64,000 nt of DNA from Eledone cirrhosa (taxonomy: Eukaryota), in contig OZ024743.1 of assembly GCA_964016885.1 (NCBI GenBank), positions 134,106,001 to 134,170,000 on the forward strand, read 5' to 3'. Each line of letters starts with the position of its first letter. The stretch's first letter is position 1. Shown here in pieces: positions 1-12,829 of the stretch. The notes below the pieces were generated by a model. The model was not told where the DNA came from and did not search any database. It saw only the letters and a program-made list of their open reading frames with translations. A program made the position numbers and the translations under genes.

Positions 1-3000
1 TTGGTGTTTGGTGCTTGCTACGTGGTGCTTGGTGCTTGGTGTTAGGTGTTTGGTGCTTGGTGTGTGGTGTTTGGTTTTTGGTGCTTGGTGTTAGGTGTTT
101 GGTGCTTAGTGCTTGGTGTTTGGTGTTTGGTGCTTGGTGTTTGGTGCTTGGTGCTTGGTGTTTGGTGTTTGGTGCTTGGTGTTTGGTGCTTGCTACGTGG
201 TGCTTGGTGCTTGGTGTTTGCTGTTTGCTGATTGGTGTCTGCTTTTTGGTGTTTGGTGTTTGTTGTATGGTGTTTGCTGTTTGGTGTCTGGTGTTTGCTG
301 TTTGGTGTTTGGTCTTTGGTGCTTGGTGTTTGGTGCTTGGTGCTTGGTGTTTGGTGTTTGGTGCTTGGTGCTTGTTGTTTGGTGTTTGGTGCTTGGTGCT
401 TGGTGTTTGGTGTTTGGTGCTTTGTGTCAGGTGCTTGGTGTTTGGTGTTTGCTGTATGTTGTTTGCTGTTTGGTGTTTGGTGTTTGGTATTTGGTGTTTG
501 GTGCTTGGTGCTTGGTGTTTGGTGCTTGGTGCTTGGTGTTTGGTGCCTGTTGCTTGGTGCTTGTTGTTTGGTGTTTGGTGCTTGGTGCTTGGTGCTTGGA
601 GTTTGGTGTTTGGTGCTTATTGCTTGGTGTTTTGTGTTTGGTTTTTGGTTTTTGGTGCTTGGTGCTTGGTGCTTGGTCCTTGGTGTTTGGTGCTGCGTGC
701 TTTGTGTTTGGTGCTTGGTGCTTTGTGCTTGGTGTTTGGTGTTTGCTGCTTGGTGTTTGGTGCTTGGTGCTTCGTGCTTGGTGTTTTGTGTTTGGTGCTT
801 GGTGCTTGGTGTTTGGTGCTTGGTGCTTGGTGCTTGGTGTTTGTACTTGGTGCTTGGTGCTTGGTGTTTGGTTCTTGGTTCTTGGTGTTTGGTACTTGGT
901 GCTTGGTGCTTGGTGCTTGGTGTTTGGTGCTTGGTGTTTGGTGCTTGGTGCTTGGTGTTTGGTGCTTGGTGTTTGGTGCTTGGTGCTTGGTATTTGGTGT
1001 TTGGTGTTTGGTGTTTGCTGTTTGCTGTTTGGTGTTTGGTGTTTGCTGTTTGCTGTTTGGTGTCTGCTTTTTGGTGTTTGGTGTTTGCTGTATGGTGTTT
1101 GCTGTTTGGTGTTTGGTGTTTGCTGTTTGGTGTTTGGTCTTTGGTGCTTGGTGTTTGGTGCTTGGTGCTTGGTGTTTGGTGTTTGGTGCTTGGTGCTTGG
1201 TGTTTGGTGTTTGGTGCTTGGTGCTTGGTGTCTGGTGCTTGGTGCTTGGTGCTTGGTGTTTGGTGCTTGGTGCTTGGTGCTGGGTGCTGGGTGCTTGGTC
1301 TTTGGTGCTTGGTGTTTGGTGTTTGGTGCTTGGTGTTTGGTGCTTGGTGTTTGGTGCTTGGTGATTAGTGTTTGGTGCTTGGTGCTTGGGGTTTGGTGTT
1401 TCGTGCTTGGTGCTTGGTGTTTGGTGCTTGGTACTTGGTGTTTGGTGCTTGGTGTTTGGTGTTTGCTGTTTGGTGTTTGGTGTTTGGTGTTTGGTGTTTG
1501 CTGTTTGGTGTCTGCTTTTTGGTGTTTGGTGTTTGTTGTATGGTGTTTGCTGTTTCGTGTTTGGTGTTTGCTGTTTGCTGTTTGGTGTTTGGTGTTTGCT
1601 GTTTGGTGTTTGGTCTTTGGTGCTTGGTGATTGGTGCTTGGTGTTTGGTGTTTGGTGCTTGGTGTTTGGTTTTTGGTGCTTGGTGCTTGGTGCTTGGTGT
1701 TTGGTGTTTGGTGCTTGGTGCTTGGTGCTTGGTGTTTGGTGCTTGGTGCTTGGTGTTTGGTGCTGGGTGCTTGGTGTTTGGTGCTTGGTGCTTGGTGCTT
1801 GGTGTTTGGTGCTGGGTGCTTGGTGTTTGGTGTTCGGTGTTATATGCTTGGTGTTTGATGCTTGGTGCTTGGTGCTTGTTGTTTGGTGTTTGGTGCTTGG
1901 TGTTTGATGCTTGGTGTTTGATGCTTGGTGCTTGGTGCTTGGTGTTTGGTGCTTGGTGCTTGGTGTTTGTACTTGGTGCTTGGTTCTTTGTGTTTGGTGC
2001 TTGGTGCTTGGTGCTTTGTGTTTGGTGCTTGGTGTTTGGTGCTTGGTGTTTGGTGCTTGGTGCCTGGTGCTTGGTGCTTGGTGCTTGGTGTTTGGTGCTT
2101 GGTGTTTGGTGCTTGGTGTTAGGTGTTTGGTGCTTGGTGCTTGGTGTTTGGTGTTTGGTGCTTGGTGTTTGGTGCTTGGTGCTTGGTGTTTGGTGTTATA
2201 TGCTTGGTGTTTGATGCTTGGTGCTTGGTGTTTGGTGTTTGATGCTTGGTGCTTGATGCTTGGTGCTTGGTGCTTGGTGTTTGGTGCTTGGTGCTTGGTG
2301 TTTGTACTTGTTGCTTGGTGCTTGATGCTTGGTGATTGGTGTTTGGTGCTTGGTTCTTGGTGTTTGGTGCTTGGTGTTTGGTGCTTGGTGCTTGGTGTTT
2401 GGTGCTTGGTGCTTGGTGTTTGGTGTTTGGTGCTTGGTGCTTGGTTCTTGGTGTTTGGTGCTTGGTGCTTGGTGCTTGGTGTTTGGTGCTTGGTGCTTGG
2501 TGTTTGGTGCTTGGTGTTTGGTGCTTGGTGTTTGGTGCTTGGTGCTTGGTGCTTGGTGCATGGTGCTTGGTGTTTGGTGCTTGGTGTTTGGTGCTTGGTG
2601 TTAGGTGTTTGGTGCTTAGTGCTTGGTGTTTGGTGTTTGGTGCTTGGTGTTTGGTGCTTGGTGCTTGGTGTTTGGTGTTTGGTGCTTGGTGTTTGGTGCT
2701 TGCTACGTGGTGCTTGGTGCTTGGTGTTAGGTGTTTGGTGCTTGGTGTGTGGTGTTTGGTTTTTGGTGCTTGGTGTTAGGTGTTTGGTGCTTAGTGCTTG
2801 GTGTTTGGTGTTTGGTGCTTGGTGTTTGGTGCTTGGTGCTTGGTGTTTGGTGTTTGGTGCTTGGTGTTTGGTGCTTGCTACGTGGTGCTTGGTGCTTGGT
2901 GTTTGCTGTTTGCTGTTTGGTGTCTGCTTTTTGGTGTTTGGTGTTTGCTGTATGGTGTTTGCTGTTTGGTGTCTGGTGTTTGCTGTTTGGTGTTTGGTCT

Positions 3001-4882
3001 TTGGTGCTTGGTGTTTGGTGCTTGGTGCTTGGTGTTTGGTGTTTGGTGCTTGGTGCTTGGTGTTTGGTGTTTGGTGCTTGGTGCTTGGTGTTTGGTGTTT
3101 GGTGCTTTGTGTCAGGTGCTTGGTGTTTGGTGTTTGCTGTATGTTGTTTGCTGTTTGGTGTTTGGTGTTTGGTATTTGGTGTTTGGTGCTTGGTGCTTGG
3201 TGTTTGGTGCTTGGTGCTTGGTGTTTGGTGCCTGTTGCTTGGTGCTTGTTGTTTGGTGTTTGGTGCTTGGTGCCTGGTGCTTGGAGTTTGGTGTTTGGTG
3301 CTTGTTGCTTGGTGTTTTGTGTTTGGTTTTTGGTTTTTGGTGCTTGGTGCTTGGTGCTTGGTCCTTGGTGTTTGGTGCTGCGTGCTTTGTGTTTGGTGCT
3401 TGGTGCTTTGTGCTTGGTGTTTGGTGTTTGCTGCTTGGTGTTTGGTGCTTGGTGCTTCGTGCTTGGTGTTTTGTGTTTGGTGCTTGGTGCTTGGTGTTTG
3501 GTGCTTGGTGCTTGGTGCTTGGTGTTTGTACTTGGTGCTTGGTGCTTGGTGTTTGGTTCTTGGTTCTTGGTGTTTGGTACTTGGTGCTTGGTGCTTGGTG
3601 CTTGGTGTTTGGTGCTTGGTGTTTGGTGCTTGGTGCTTGGTGTTTGGTGCTTGGTGTTTGGTGCTTGGTGCTTGGTATTTGGTGTTTGGTGTTTGGTGTT
3701 TGCTGTTTGCTGTTTGGTGTTTGGTGTTTGCTGTTTGCTGTTTGGTGTCTGCTTTTTGGTGTTTGGTGTTTGCTGTATGGTGTTTGCTGTTTGGTGTTTG
3801 GTGTTTGCTGTTTGGTGTTTGGTCTTTGGTGCTTGGTGTTTGGTGCTTGGTGCTTGGTGTTTGGTGTTTGGTGCTTGGTGCTTGGTGTTTGGTGTTTGGT
3901 GCTTGGTGCTTGGTGTCTGGTGCTTGGTGCTTGGTGCTTGGTGTTTGGTGCTTGGTGCTTGGTGCTGGGTGCTGGGTGCTTGGTCTTTGGTGCTTGGTGT
4001 TTGGTGTTTGGTGCTTGGTGTTTGGTGCTTGGTGTTTGGTGCTTGGTGATTAGTGTTTGGTGCTTGGTGCTTGGGGTTTGGTGTTTCGTGCTTGGTGCTT
4101 GGTGTTTGGTGCTTGGTACTTGGTGTTTGGTGCTTGGTGTTTGGTGTTTGCTGTTTGGTGTTTGGTGTTTGGTGTTTGGTGTTTGCTGTTTGGTGTCTGC
4201 TTTTTGGTGTTTGGTGTTTGTTGTATGGTGTTTGCTGTTTCGTGTTTGGTGTTTGCTGTTTGCTGTTTGGTGTTTGGTGTTTGCTGTTTGGTGTTTGGTC
4301 TTTGGTGCTTGGTGATTGGTGCTTGGTGTTTGGTGTTTGGTGCTTGGTGTTTGGTTTTTGGTGCTTGGTGCTTGGTGCTTGGTGTTTGGTGTTTGGTGCT
4401 TGGTGCTTGGTGCTTGGTGTTTGGTGCTTGGTGCTTGGTGTTTGGTGCTGGGTGCTTGGTGTTTGGTGCTTGGTGCTTGGTGCTTGGTGTTTGGTGCTGG
4501 GTGCTTGGTGTTTGGTGTTCGGTGTTATATGCTTGGTGTTTGATGCTTGGTTCTTGGTGCTTGTTGTTTGGTGTTTGGTGCTTGGTGTTTGATGCTTGGT
4601 GTTTGATGCTTGGTGCTTGGTGCTTGGTGTTTGGTGCTTGGTGCTTGGTGTTTGTACTTGGTGCTTGGTTCTTTGTGTTTGGTGCTTGGTGCTTGGTGCT
4701 TTGTGTTTGGTGCTTGGTGTTTGGTGCTTGGTGTTTGGTGCTTGGTGCCTGGTGCTTGGTGCTTGGTGCTTGGTGTTTGGTGCTTGGTGTTTGGTGCTTG
4801 GTGTTAGGTGTTTGGTGCTTGGTGCTTGGTGTTTGGTGTTTGGTGCTTGGTGTTTGGTGCTTGGTGCTTGGTGTTTGGTGTT
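1..4882. repeat. Higher-order tandem duplication, period 2685 bp (384 monomers); 1..~2197 matches 2686..~4882
   Basis: Marker CTACGTGG is at 18/193 and 2703/2878, and GATTAGTG at 1363 and 4048. ORFs 113..1630 and 2798..4315, and 1368/4053 and 1911/4596, are all offset by 2685. 2685 = 381x7 + 3x6, matching the three TTGTAC hexamers at 841, 1967 and 2302. Confidence 0.93.
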
Positions 4883-5949
4883 TGGTGCTTGGTGTTTGGT
4901 GCTTGGTACTTGGTGCTTGGTGTTAGGTGTTTGGTGCTTGGTGCTTGGTGTTTGGTTTTTGGTGCTTGGTGCTTGGTGTTTGGTGTTTGGTGCTTGCTGC
5001 TGGCTGCTTGGTGCTTGGTGATTGGTGCTTGGTGTTTGGTGCTTGGTGTTTGGTGTTTGGTGTTTGGTGCTTGGTGCTTGGTGTTTGGTGCTTGGTGCTG
5101 GGTGGTTGGTGTTTGGTGCTTGGTGTTTGGTGCTGGGTGCTTGGTGTTTGGTGCTTGGTGCTTGGTCTTTGGTGCTTGGTGTTTGGTGTTTGGTGCTTGC
5201 TGCTTGGTGTTTGGTTCTTGGTGCTTGGTGTTTGGTGCTTGGTGCTTAGTGTTTGGTGCTAGGTGCTTGGGGTTTGGTGTTTGGTGCTTGGTGTTTGGTG
5301 CTTGGTGCTTGGTATTTGGTGTTTGCTGTTTACTGTTTGGTGTTTGTTGTTTGGTGTTTGTTGTTTGGTGTTTGTTGTTTGGTGTTTGTTGTTTGGTGTT
5401 TGCTGTTTGGTGTTTGGTGTTTGTTGTTTGGTGTTTGCTGTTTGGTGTCTGCTTTTTGGTGTTTGGTGTTTGCTGTATGTTGTTTGCTGTTTGGTGTTTG
5501 GTGTTTGGTATTTGGTGTTTGGTGCTTGGTGCTTGGTGTTTGGTGCTTGGTGCTTGGTGTTTGGTGCCTGGTGCTTGGTGCTTGGTGTTTGGTGTTTGGT
5601 GCTTTGTGCTTGGTGCTTGGAGTTTGGTGTTTGGTGCTTGTTGCTTGGTGTTTTGTGTTTGGTGTTTGGTTTTTGGTGCTTGGTGCTTGGTGCTTGGTCC
5701 TTGGTGTTTGGTGTTTGCTGCTTGGTGTTTGGTGTTTGGTGCTTGGTGATTGGTGCTTGGTGTTTTGTGTTTGGTGCTTGGTGCTTGGTGTTTGTACTTG
5801 GTGCTTGGTGCTTGGTGTTTGGTTCTTGGTTCTTGGTGTTTGGTACTTGGTGCTTGCTGCTTGGTGCTTGGTGTTTGGTGCTTGGTGTTTGGTGCTTGGT
5901 GCTTGGTGTTTGGTGCTTGGTGTTTGGTGTTTGGTGCTTGGTGTTTGGT

Positions 5950-8900
5950 GCTTGGTGTTTGGTGCTTGGTGCTTGGTGCTTGGTGTTTGGTGTTTGGTGC
6001 TTGGTGTCTGGTGCTTGGTGTTTGGTGCTTGGTGTTTGGTGTCTGGTGTTTGGTGCTTGGTGCTTGGTGTTTGGTGTTTGGTGCTTGGTGTTTGGTGTTT
6101 GGTGTTTGGTGCTTGTTGCTTGGTGCTTGGTGTTTGGTGCTTGGTGCTTGGTGTTTGGTGTTATATGCTTGGTGTTTGATGCTTGGTGCTTGGTGTTTGG
6201 TGTTTGATGCTTGGTGCTTGATGCTTGGTGCTTGGTGCTTGGTGTTTGGTGCTTGGTGCTTGGTGTTTGTACTTGTTGCTTGGTGCTTGATGCTTGGTGA
6301 TTGGTGTTTGGTGCTTGGTTCTTGGTGTTTGGTGCTTGGTGTTTGGTGCTTGGTGCTTGGTGTTTGGTGCTTGGTGCTTGGTGTTTGGTGTTTGGTGCTT
6401 GGTGCTTGGTTCTTGGTGTTTGGTGCTTGGTGCTTGGTGCTTGGTGTTTGGTGCTTGGTGCTTGGTGTTTGGTGCTTGGTGTTTGGTGCTTGGTGTTTGG
6501 TGCTTGGTGCTTGGTGCTTGGTGCATGGTGCTTGGTGTTTGGTGCTTGGTGTTTGGTGCTTGGTGTTAGGTGTTTGGTGCTTAGTGCTTGGTGTTTGGTG
6601 TTTGGTGCTTGGTGTTTGGTGCTTGGTGCTTGGTGTTTGGTGTTTGGTGCTTGGTGTTTGGTGCTTGCTACGTGGTGCTTGGTGCTTGGTGTTAGGTGTT
6701 TGGTGCTTGGTGTGTGGTGTTTGGTTTTTGGTGCTTGGTGCTTGGTGTTTGGTGTTTGGTGCTTGCTGCTGGCTGCTTGGTGTTTGGTGCTTGGTGATTG
6801 GTGCTTGGTGTTTGGTGCTTGGTGTTTGGTGTTTGGTGCTAGGTGCTTGGTGCTTGGTGTTTGGTGCTTGGTGCTTGGTGTTTGGTGTTTGGTGCTTTGT
6901 GCTTGGTGTTTGGTGCTTGGTGCTGGGTGGTTGGTGTTTGGTGCTTGGTGTTTGGTGCTGGGTGCTTGGTGTTTGGTGCTTGGTGCTTGGTCTTTGGTGC
7001 TTGGTGTTTGGTGTTTGGTGCTTGGTGCTTGGTGCTTGGTGTTTGATGCTTGGTGCTTGGTGTTTGGTGCTTGGTGCTTAGTGTTTGGTGCTAGGTGCTT
7101 GGGGTTTGGTATTTGGTGTTTGGTGCTTGGTGCTTGGTGTTTGGTGCTTGGTGCTTGGTGTTTGGTGCCTGGTGCTTGGTGCTTGGTGTTTGGTGTTTGG
7201 TGCTTGGTGCTTGGTGCTTGGAGTTTGGTGTTTGGTGCTTGTTGCTTGGTGTTTTGTGTTTGGTGTTTGGTTTTTGGTGCTTGGTGCTTGGTGCTTGGTC
7301 CTTGGTGTTTGGTGCTGGGTGCTTTGTGTTTGGTGCTTGGTGCTTCGTGCTTGGTGTTTGGTGTTTGCTGCTTGGTGTTTGGTGCTTGGTGCTTGGTGCT
7401 TGGTGTTTTGTGTTTGGTGCTTGGTGCTTGGTGTTTGTACTTGGTGCTTGGTGCTTGGTGTTTGGTTCTTGGTTCTTGGTGTTTGGTACTTGGTGCTTGC
7501 TGCTTGGTGCTTGGTGTTTGGTGCTTGGTGTTTGGTGCTTGGTGCTTGGTGTTTTGTGCTTGGTGCTTGGTGCTTGGTGTTTGGTGTTTGGTGCTTGGTG
7601 TCTGGTGCTTGGTGTTTGGTGCTTGGTGTTTGGTGTCTGGTGTTTGGTGCTTGGTGCTTGGTGTTTGGTGTTTGGTGCTTGGTGTTTGGTGTTTGGTGTT
7701 TGGTGCTTGTTGCTTGGTGCTTGGTGTTTGGTGCTTGGTGCTTGGTGTTTGGTGTTATATGCTTGGTGTTTGATGCTTGGTGCTTGGTGTTTGGTGTTTG
7801 ATGCTTGGTGCTTGATGCTTGGTGCTTGGTGCTTGGTGCTTGGTGCATGGTGCTTGGTGTTTGGTGCTTGGTGTTTGGTGCTTGGTGTTAGGTGTTTGGT
7901 GCTTAGTGCTTGGTGTTTGGTGCTTGGTGCTTGGTGTTTGGTGTTATATGCTTGGTGTTTGATGCTTGGTGCTTGGTGTTTGGTGTTTGATGCTTGGTGC
8001 TTGATGCTTGGTGCTTGGTGCTTGGTGTTTGGTGCTTGGTGCTTGGTGTTTGTACTTGTTGCTTGGTGCTTGATGCTTGGTGATTGGTGTTTGGTGCTTG
8101 GTTCTTGGTGTTTGGTGCTTGGTGTTTGGTGCTTGGTGCTTGGTGTTTGGTGCTTGGTGCTTGGTGTTTGGTGTTTGGTGCTTGGTGCTTGGTTCTTGGT
8201 GTTTGGTGCTTGGTGCTTGGTGCTTGGTGTTTGGTGCTTGGTGCTTGGTGTTTGGTGCTTGGTGTTTGGTGCTTGGTGTTTGGTGCTTGGTGCTTGGTGC
8301 TTGGTGCATGGTGCTTGGTGTTTGGTGCTTGGTGTTTGGTGCTTGGTGTTAGGTGTTTGGTGCTTAGTGCTTGGTGTTTGGTGTTTGGTGCTTGGTGTTT
8401 GGTGCTTGGTGCTTGGTATTTGGTGTTTGGTGCTTGGTGTTTGGTGCTTGCTACGTGGTGCTTGGTGCTTGGTGTTAGGTGTTTGGTGCTTGGTGTGTGG
8501 TGTTTGGTTTTTGGTGCTTGGTGCTTGGTGTTTGGTGTTTGGTGCTTGCTGCTGGCTGCTTGGTGTTTGGTGCTTGGTGATTGGTGCTTGGTGTTTGGTG
8601 CTTGGTGTTTGGTGTTTGGTGCTAGGTGCTTGGTGCTTGGTGTTTGGTGCTTGGTGCTTGGTGTTTGGTGTTTGGTGCTTTGTGCTTGGTGTTTGGTGCT
8701 TGGTGCTGGGTGGTTGGTGTTTGGTGCTTGGTGTTTGGTGCTGGGTGCTTGGTGTTTGGTGCTTGGTGCTTGGTCTTTGGTGCTTGGTGTTTGGTGTTTG
8801 GTGCTTGGTGCTTGGTGCTTGGTGTTTGATGCTTGGTGCTTGGTGTTTGGTGCTTGGTGCTTAGTGTTTGGTGCTAGGTGCTTGGGGTTTGGTATTTGGT

Positions 8901-11900
8901 GTTTGGTGCTTGGTGCTTGGTGTTTGGTGCTTGGTGCTTGGTGTTTGGTGCCTGGTGCTTGGTGCTTGGTGTTTGGTGTTTGGTGCTTGGTGCTTGGTGC
9001 TTGGAGTTTGGTGTTTGGTGCTTGTTGCTTGGTGTTTTGTGTTTGGTGTTTGGTTTTTGGTGCTTGGTGCTTGGTGCTTGGTCCTTGGTGTTTGGTGCTG
9101 GGTGCTTTGTGTTTGGTGCTTGGTGCTTCGTGCTTGGTGTTTGGTGTTTGCTGCTTGGTGTTTGGTGCTTGGTGCTTGGTGCTTGGTGTTTTGTGTTTGG
9201 TGCTTGGTGCTTGGTGTTTGTACTTGGTGCTTGGTGCTTGGTGTTTGGTTCTTGGTTCTTGGTGTTTGGTACTTGGTGCTTGCTGCTTGGTGCTTGGTGT
9301 TTGGTGCTTGGTGTTTGGTGCTTGGTGCTTGGTGTTTGGTGCTTGGTGCTTGGTGCTTGGTGTTTGGTGTTTGGTGCTTGGTGTCTGGTGCTTGGTGTTT
9401 GGTGCTTGGTGTTTGGTGTCTGGTGTTTGGTGCTTGGTGCTTGGTGTTTGGTGTTTGGTGCTTGGTGTTTGGTGTTTGGTGTTTGGTGCTTGTTGCTTGG
9501 TGCTTGGTGTTTGGTGCTTGGTGCTTGGTGTTTGGTGTTATATGCTTGGTGTTTGATGCTTGGTGCTTGGTGTTTGGTGTTTGATGCTTGGTGCTTGATG
9601 CTTGGTGCTTGGTGCTTGGTGTTTGGTGCTTGGTGCTTGGTGTTTGTACTTGTTGCTTGGTGCTTGATGCTTGGTGATTGGTGTTTGGTGCTTGGTTCTT
9701 GGTGTTTGGTGCTTGGTGTTTGGTGCTTGGTGCTTGGTGTTTGGTGCTTGGTGCTTGGTGTTTGGTGTTTGGTGCTTGGTGCTTGGTTCTTGGTGTTTGG
9801 TGCTTGGTGCTTGGTGCTTGGTGTTTGGTGCTTGGTGCTTGGTGTTTGGTGCTTGGTGTTTGGTGCTTGGTGTTTGGTGCTTGGTGCTTGGTGCTTGGTG
9901 CATGGTGCTTGGTGTTTGGTGCTTGGTGTTTGGTGCTTGGTGCTTGGTGTTTGGTGTTTGGTGCTTGGTGCTTGGTTCTTGGTGTTTGGTGCTTGGTGCT
10001 TGGTGCTTGGTGTTTGGTGCTTGGTGCTTGGTGTTTGGTGCTTGGTGTTTGGTGCTTGGTGTTTGGTGCTTGGTGCTTGGTGCTTGGTGCATGGTGCTTG
10101 GTGTTTGGTGCTTGGTGTTTGGTGCTTGGTGTTAGGTGTTTGGTGCTTAGTGCTTGGTGTTTGGTGTTTGGTGCTTGGTGTTTGGTGCTTGGTGCTTGGT
10201 GTTTGGTGTTTGGTGCTTGGTGTTTGGTGCTTGCTACGTGGTGCTTGGTGCTTGGTGTTAGGTGTTTGGTGCTTGGTGTGTGGTGTTTGGTTTTTGGTGC
10301 TTGGTGCTTGGTGTTTGGTGTTTGGTGCTTGCTGCTGGCTGCTTGGTGTTTGGTGCTTGGTGATTGGTGCTTGGTGTTTGGTGCTTGGTGTTTGGTGTTT
10401 GGTGCTAGGTGCTTGGTGCTTGGTGTTTGGTGCTTGGTGCTTGGTGTTTGGTGTTTGGTGCTTTGTGCTTGGTGTTTGGTGCTTGGTGCTGGGTGGTTGG
10501 TGTTTGGTGCTTGGTGTTTGGTGCTGGGTGCTTGGTGTTTGGTGCTTGGTGCTTGGTCTTTGGTGCTTGGTGTTTGGTGTTTGGTGCTTGGTGCTTGGTG
10601 CTTGGTATTTGATGCTTGGTGCTTGGTGTTTGGTGCTTGGTGCTTAGTGTTTGGTGCTAGGTGCTTGGGGTTTGGTATTTGGTGTTTGGTGCTTGGTGCT
10701 TGGTGTTTGGTGCTTGGTGCTTGGTGTTTGGTGCCTGGTGCTTGGTGCTTGGTGTTTGGTGTTTGGTGCTTGGTGCTTGGTGCTTGGAGTTTGGTGTTTG
10801 GTGCTTGTTGCTTGGTGTTTTGTGTTTGGTGTTTGGTTTTTGGTGCTTGGTGCTTGGTGCTTGGTCCTTGGTGTTTGGTGCTGGGTGCTTTGTGTTTGGT
10901 GCTTGGTGCTTCGTGCTTGGTGTTTGGTGTTTGCTGCTTGGTGTTTGGTGCTTGGTGCTTGGTGCTTGGTGTTTTGTGTTTGGTGCTTGGTGCTTGGTGT
11001 TTGTACTTGGTGCTTGGTGCTTGGTGTTTGGTTCTTGGTTCTTGGTGTTTGGTACTTGGTGCTTGCTGCTTGGTGCTTGGTGTTTGGTGCTTGGTGTTTG
11101 GTGCTTGGTGCTTGGTGTTTGGTGCTTGGTGCTTGGTGCTTGGTGTTTGGTGTTTGGTGCTTGGTGTCTGGTGCTTGGTGTTTGGTGCTTGGTGTTTGGT
11201 GTCTGGTGTTTGGTGCTTGGTGCTTGGTGTTTGGTGTTTGGTGCTTGGTGTTTGGTGTTTGGTGTTTGGTGCTTGTTGCTTGGTGCTTGGTGTTTGGTGC
11301 TTGGTGCTTGGTGTTTGGTGTTATATGCTTGGTGTTTGATGCTTGGTGCTTGGTGTTTGGTGTTTGATGCTTGGTGCTTGATGCTTGGTGCTTGGTGCTT
11401 GGTGTTTGGTGCTTGGTGCTTGGTGTTTGTACTTGTTGCTTGGTGCTTGATGCTTGGTGATTGGTGTTTGGTGCTTGGTTCTTGGTGTTTGGTGCTTGGT
11501 GTTTGGTGCTTGGTGCTTGGTGTTTGGTGCTTGGTGCTTGGTGTTTGGTGTTTGGTGCTTGGTGCTTGGTTCTTGGTGTTTGGTGCTTGGTGCTTGGTGC
11601 TTGGTGTTTGGTGCTTGGTGCTTGGTGTTTGGTGCTTGGTGTTTGGTGCTTGGTGTTTGGTGCTTGGTGCTTGGTGCTTGGTGCATGGTGCTTGGTGTTT
11701 GGTGCTTGGTGTTTGGTGCTTGGTGTTAGGTGTTTGGTGCTTAGTGCTTGGTGTTTGGTGTTTGGTGCTTGGTGTTTGGTGCTTGGTGCTTGGTGTTTGG
11801 TGTTTGGTGCTTGGTGTTTGGTGCTTGCTACGTGGTGCTTGGTGCTTGGTGTTAGGTGTTTGGTGCTTGGTGTGTGGTGTTTGGTTTTTGGTGCTTGGTG

Positions 11901-12270
11901 CTTGGTGTTTGGTGTTTGGTGCTTGCTGCTGGCTGCTTGGTGTTTGGTGCTTGGTGATTGGTGCTTGGTGTTTGGTGCTTGGTGTTTGGTGTTTGGTGCT
12001 AGGTGCTTGGTGCTTGGTGTTTGGTGCTTGGTGCTTGGTGTTTGGTGTTTGGTGCTTTGTGCTTGGTGTTTGGTGCTTGGTGCTGGGTGGTTGGTGTTTG
12101 GTGCTTGGTGTTTGGTGCTGGGTGCTTGGTGTTTGGTGCTTGGTGCTTGGTCTTTGGTGCTTGGTGTTTGGTGTTTGGTGCTTGGTGCTTGGTGCTTGGT
12201 GTTTGATGCTTGGTGCTTGGTGTTTGGTGCTTGGTGCTTAGTGTTTGGTGCTAGGTGCTTGGGGTTTGGT
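5950..12270. repeat. Higher-order repeat, nearly 4 tandem copies of a 1594-bp (228-monomer) unit, with two 189-bp additions giving 1783-bp spacing
   Basis: CTACGTGG is at 6668, 8451, 10234, 11828 (spacings 1783, 1783, 1594). TTATATGC is at 6161, 7755, 7944, 9538, 11321 (1594, 189, 1594, 1783). ORF starts 7095/8878/10661 are offset by 1783. Confidence 0.92.
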
Positions 12271-12829
12271 GTTTGGTGCTTGGTGCTTGGTGCTTGGTGT
12301 TTGGTGCTTGGTGCTTGGTGCTTGGTCTTTGGTGTTTGGTGTTTCGTTCTTGGTGCTTGGTGCTTGGTGTTTGGTGCTTGGTGCTTGGTGCATTGTGATT
12401 AGTGTTTGGTGCTTGGTGCTTGGGGTTTGGTGTTTGGTGCTTGGTAATTGGTGTTTGGTGCTTGGTGTTTGCTGTTTGCTGTTTGGTGTTTTTGGTGTTT
12501 GCTCTTTGCTGTTTGGTGTCTGCTTTTTGGTGTTTGGTGTTTGCTGTTTGGTGTTTGGTGTTTGGTGTTTGGTCTTTGGTGCTTTGTCTTTGGTGCTTGG
12601 TGTTTGGTGCTTGGTGCTTGGTGTTTGGTGTTTGGTGCTTGGTGCCTGGTGCTTATTGTTTGGTGATTGGTGCTTGGTGTTTGCTGTTTGGTGTTTGGTG
12701 TTTGGTGTTTGCTGTTTGGTGTTTGGTGCTTGGTGCTTGGTGCTTGGTGTTTGGTGCTTGGTGCTTGGTGTTTGGTGCTTGGTGCTTGGTGTTTGGTGCT
12801 TGGTGCCTGGTGCTTGTTGTTTGGTGATT

